64,000 nucleotides of DNA, taken from an uncultured Actinomycetota bacterium (GTDB taxonomy: Bacteria; Actinomycetota; Actinomycetes; Propionibacteriales; Nocardioidaceae). The translations under genes and the position numbers were made by a program. Location: NCBI GenBank assembly GCA_963822915.1, contig CAWGJR010000027.1, positions 23,657 through 87,656 on the forward strand. Reading direction: 5' to 3'. Below are positions 60,565 to 64,000 of this stretch, one piece after another (positions within the stretch are counted from its first letter, which is position 1; each line of letters starts with the position of its first letter). The notes under the pieces were generated by a model that saw nothing but the letters and a program-made list of their open reading frames with translations, made no database searches and was not told where the DNA came from.

Positions 60565-61143
60565 ATGAAGGCACCCGAGGCCGTGGCGGCGACGCGCCGT
60601 GAGCAGATCCTCGCCACTGCCGCCACGTTGTTCGCCCGGCGTGGCTTCCACGGGGTCTCGGTCGTCGACATCGGCTCGGCGTGCGGGGTCTCCGGACCGG
60701 CGCTCTACAAGCACTTCGCGTCGAAGGACGCGATCCTGGCCGAGATGCTGGTCTCGATCAGCGAGCGTCTGCTCGAGGTGGGTCGCGAGCGGGTCGCCGC
60801 CGCGGCGGCTCCCGACGACGCCGTACGACGCCTCGTCGACTGGCACGTCGACTTCGCGCTGCACCACCAGGCCCTGATCGTGGTCCAGGACCGCGACTGG
60901 TCGAGCCTGCCCGAGGCTGCTCGCGAGCGCGTGCGGACCCTGCAGCGCGCCTACATCGACCTGTGGGCAGCCCAGCTCCGCGCCGTCGACACGCACCTGA
61001 CGACCGAGGCGGCGCACGCCCGCGCCCACGCGACGTTCGGGCTGCTCAACTCCACCCCGCACAGCGGGTTGCTGCCCGAGCAGGAGATGCGCGTCGAGCT
61101 GACCCGGATGGCCACGCTCGCGCTGGGCGTCTCGCCGGCCTAG
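60565..61143 (+). CDS. TetR-family regulator, BkaR/Rv2506-like
   Basis: RREQIL..LFARRGFHGVSVVDIG..GVSGPALYKHF..FGLLNSTPH. Confidence 0.9.
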   Translation: MKAPEAVAATRREQILATAATLFARRGFHGVSVVDIGSACGVSGPALYKHFASKDAILAEMLVSISERLLEVGRERVAAAAAPDDAVRRLVDWHVDFALHHQALIVVQDRDWSSLPEAARERVRTLQRAYIDLWAAQLRAVDTHLTTEAAHARAHATFGLLNSTPHSGLLPEQEMRVELTRMATLALGVSPA

Positions 61144-61163
61144 TGCCCCGCACGAGTCCCTCA

Positions 61164-61880
61164 TCAGGGCTCGTCGGCGGCGGTCGCGCTCTCGCCCCGG
61201 TCCTCCTCGTCGAGGCGGCGCAGCAGCTCGGCCGCCTCCATCGCCGCGGCCTCGGCCGCGTCGAGCGCGGCCGCCTCCACCTCCTCCGAGGAGAGCCGGC
61301 GGGTCAGCGGGACGCGGGCGTGCAGGCGGGCGACGAGGTCCTCGCGCGGCAGACCGCGCAGGTGGAAGAGCAGCAGCGGGGCGCCGTCGAGGAGCCACGC
61401 GGCCTGGTAGAGCACCGCGAGGGCGTGCGGGCACGGATCGACCCAGGCCTGGCAGGTGCACGCCGCCTCCAGCTCGCCTCCGAAGGGCAACAGCTCCACC
61501 CCGACCTCGTCGGCGTGCTCGACGAGCCCGTGGGGGAGGTCGCCGCCGAGCAGCGCCGCGATCCGCCCGCTCTCGGCCGCGACCACCTCGACGAGGGCCT
61601 CGGTCGCCTCCCCGTCGAACGTCGGCAGGTGCACGTCGACGGTCCACAACCCGTGGCTGTCGGCCACGGCGGCCACGAGCCGACCTCGCCCGAGCGAGAT
61701 GCCCCCGACCGCGGCCTGCCGCGACAGCGCCCGCCCGGCGCGCAGCTCGCCCTCGGCGTAGGCCGACTCCTCGACCGCGCGCACCCACGCCTTGCCCCAC
61801 CACGTCGTGGCCCGGGCCGCGCCGCGGCGCGCGGGGACAGGCGGGTGGGAGAGCACCTCCGACCTCGGCGCGGCGCTCAT
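61164..61880 (-). CDS. SWIM zinc-finger protein
   Basis: WWGKAW, CTCQAWVDPCPHALA, LFHLRG. Confidence 0.9.
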   Translation of the reverse strand: MSAAPRSEVLSHPPVPARRGAARATTWWGKAWVRAVEESAYAEGELRAGRALSRQAAVGGISLGRGRLVAAVADSHGLWTVDVHLPTFDGEATEALVEVVAAESGRIAALLGGDLPHGLVEHADEVGVELLPFGGELEAACTCQAWVDPCPHALAVLYQAAWLLDGAPLLLFHLRGLPREDLVARLHARVPLTRRLSSEEVEAAALDAAEAAAMEAAELLRRLDEEDRGESATAADEP

Positions 61881-64000
61881 CGTCGACCGCCCGGGTCGGG
61901 TCGCAGGGTGACCAGGTCGCGCAGCTCGTCGTTGCTCAGCTCGGTCAGGGCCGCCTCGCCCCGGCCGAGCACGGCGTCGGCCAGGGCGCGCTTGCGGGCC
62001 AGCAGCTCGCCGACCTTCTCCTCGACGGTGCCGCGCATCATCATCCGGTGCACCTGCACCGGGCGCGTCTGGCCGATCCGGTAGGCGCGGTCGGTGGCCT
62101 GCTCCTCGACGGCGGGGTTCCACCAGCGGTCGACGTGCACGACGTGGTCGGCCCGGGTCAGGTTGAGACCGGTGCCGCCGGCCTTGAGGGAGAGCAGGAA
62201 GACCGGCGTGACCCCGTCGGTTCCCTCGGCCCCGGAGGCCTGGAACCGCGCCACCATCGCCTCGCGCTCGCGGACGGGGGTGGCGCCGTGGAGGAACTGG
62301 TGCGGGATCCCGGCCCGGCCCAGGTGGGCCTCGAGGAGGCGGCCCATCGCGACGTACTGCGTGAACACCAGCGCCGCCCCGCCCTCGGACACGACGGTCG
62401 AGAGGATCTCGTCGAGCAGGTCGAGCTTGTCGGAGCGGCCGCCCAGCCGGGTGGCCCCGGACTGCTTGAGGAACTGCGCCGGGTGGTTGCAGATCTGCTT
62501 CAGGCCGGTGAGCAGCGCCAGGACGAGTCCGCGGCGGGCGTCGGGGTCGGAGCGCTCGATGCGCTCCATCGTCTCGCGCACGAAGGCCTCGTAGAGGACG
62601 GTCTGCTCGCGGGTGAGGCTGAGCGGGTGGTCGGTCTCGGTCTTGGCCGGCAGCTCGGGAGCGATGCCGGGGTCGGACTTGCGCCGCCGCAGGAGGAACG
62701 GCTCGATGAGGTCGGCGAACGCGCGGGCCTTCGTCGGCTCGAGCCCCGACTCGATGGGCCCGGCCCACACCTTGCGGAAGGCGTTGCGACTGCCGAGCAA
62801 CCCCGGGATCGCCCAGTCGAGGATCGCCCACAGCTCGGTCAGGTTGTTCTCCACCGGCGTGCCGGTCAGCGCGACGCGGGCCGTGCTCCGGATCGTGCGC
62901 AGGGCGCGGGCGGTCGACGACGCCGGGTTCTTCACGTGCTGGGCCTCGTCGGCCACGACGAGGTCCCAGGGGACGCGCCCCAGGGTCTCCTTGTCGACGC
63001 GCATCGTGCCGTAGGTGGTCAGCACGAAGCCCCGGTCACCGGTGAGGTCGCCCATCAGGTCGGCAGCCAGGGCGCCACTGAGGCCGTCGAGGTCGCGGCT
63101 GCTCCCGTGGAAGCGGCGTACGGCGACACCGGGCGCGAACCGCTGGATCTCGGCCTCCCAGTTGCCCAGGAGGCTCGCCGGGCACACGACGAGCGTCGGG
63201 CCCACGTCGGCGGACGCGGTGGACGACCGGGCCGCGACCTCGCGACGGTGCAGGTGCAGGGCGATCACCGTCACGGTCTTGCCGAGACCCATGTCGTCGG
63301 CCAGGCAGGCGCCGAGACCCAGGGCCGGTCAGGTCGGCCAGCCAGGTCAGGCCGTGGCGCTGGTAGTCGCGCAGGTGGGCGTGCAGGCCCGCGGGCGACT
63401 CGATCGGCGCCCGGCTCGCCGCGGTGAGGAGACGCTCGCGCACCCGCAGCAGCGAGGCGCCGACGACGACGGGGTGGTCCGTCGCGGCATCGTCGCCGGG
63501 GGCGGCCAGCTCGACGGCGCCGGTGAGGGCCGCCGCGAGGGCCTGGGCCGGCTTGACGGTGCGGATCAGCCGCTTCTTGGCGCGCCTGGCCGTCGCCGGG
63601 TCGACGACGGTCCAGCTGCCGCGCAGCTTGAGGATCGGGGACGCAGCGCGGGCAAGGAGGTCCATCTCCTCCGCGGTCAGGTCGTCGCCGTGCAGCGCCA
63701 CCTGCCAGCGGAAGCTGAAGAGGGCCTCGGTGCCGAGCAGTGGGTCCTGGAGCGGCTCCTCGCGCGGCGCCGTGGAGGCGGTGCCCCCCGATCGCTGCCT
63801 GTCGAGGACGGCCGTGCTCGTCAGGTCGCGGCCCAGGCTCTTGGGCCAGAGCACCTCGACCCCGATCTCCTCCAGGGCGCCGACGCCGGTCTCGAGCAGG
63901 CTGACCAGCTCGTCGGTGTCGAGGGTGATCTCGTCGGGCACGCGCAGCGCCAGCAGGCGGTCGAGCACCGGCCACGCGTCGGCGGCGGCGCGCAGGGCGA
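61877..64000 (-). CDS. SNF2-family helicase/ATPase, N-terminus outside the window, frameshift near 63325
   Basis: LRDYQRHG, LADDMGLGKT, DEAQHVKN, LTGTPVENN, KAGGTGLNLT, WWNPAVEEQATDRAYRIGQ. Confidence 0.95.

Noticed and set aside
507-63330. Frameshifts in more than 25 genes as mass pseudogenisation or programmed frameshifting
   Set aside because: They hit essential serS, cluster in GC runs and show no in-frame stops or decay, so they are most likely long-read indel errors.
61164-64000. SWIM-SNF2 pair as a novel defence system
   Set aside because: This is a well-known conserved bacterial gene pair, with no accompanying nuclease or methylase in view.

Overview
High-GC actinobacterial chromosome segment; gene content and order look Nocardioides-like, which is an inference. 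Many single-base indels split genes, including essential serS, so most frameshifts are probably uncorrected long-read errors and not true pseudogenes. The core region carries tRNA-Arg(ACG), tRNA-Ser(GCT), tRNA-Ser(TGA), pckG, serS, the proteasome activator bpa/pafE, a prs paralog, arcA, an adenylate cyclase with a cNMP-binding partner, Fpg/Nei, aat, a leucine-catabolism operon (MCC alpha/beta, HMG-CoA lyase) and a SWIM-SNF2 pair. The first 13 kb is accessory, stress-type content: katE, SDRs, a YhfW-like oxidoreductase, MerR and an ECF sigma cluster. The most notable signal is an ORF absent from the supplied track (17454..17597, minus strand). It encodes a 47-aa signal-peptide precursor whose predicted mature peptide is VDSSWSCGGWCKGGPTQP. 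It lies tail-to-tail with a TrmB/PLD-like + LuxR-HTH regulator, has a SigF/SigB-type promoter, sits at the 3' end of tRNA-Ser(GCT), and the regulator is divergent from an NYN nuclease gene. This is a candidate peptide-signalling (quorum-sensing-like) cassette. No CRISPR array, transposase or integrase was seen.
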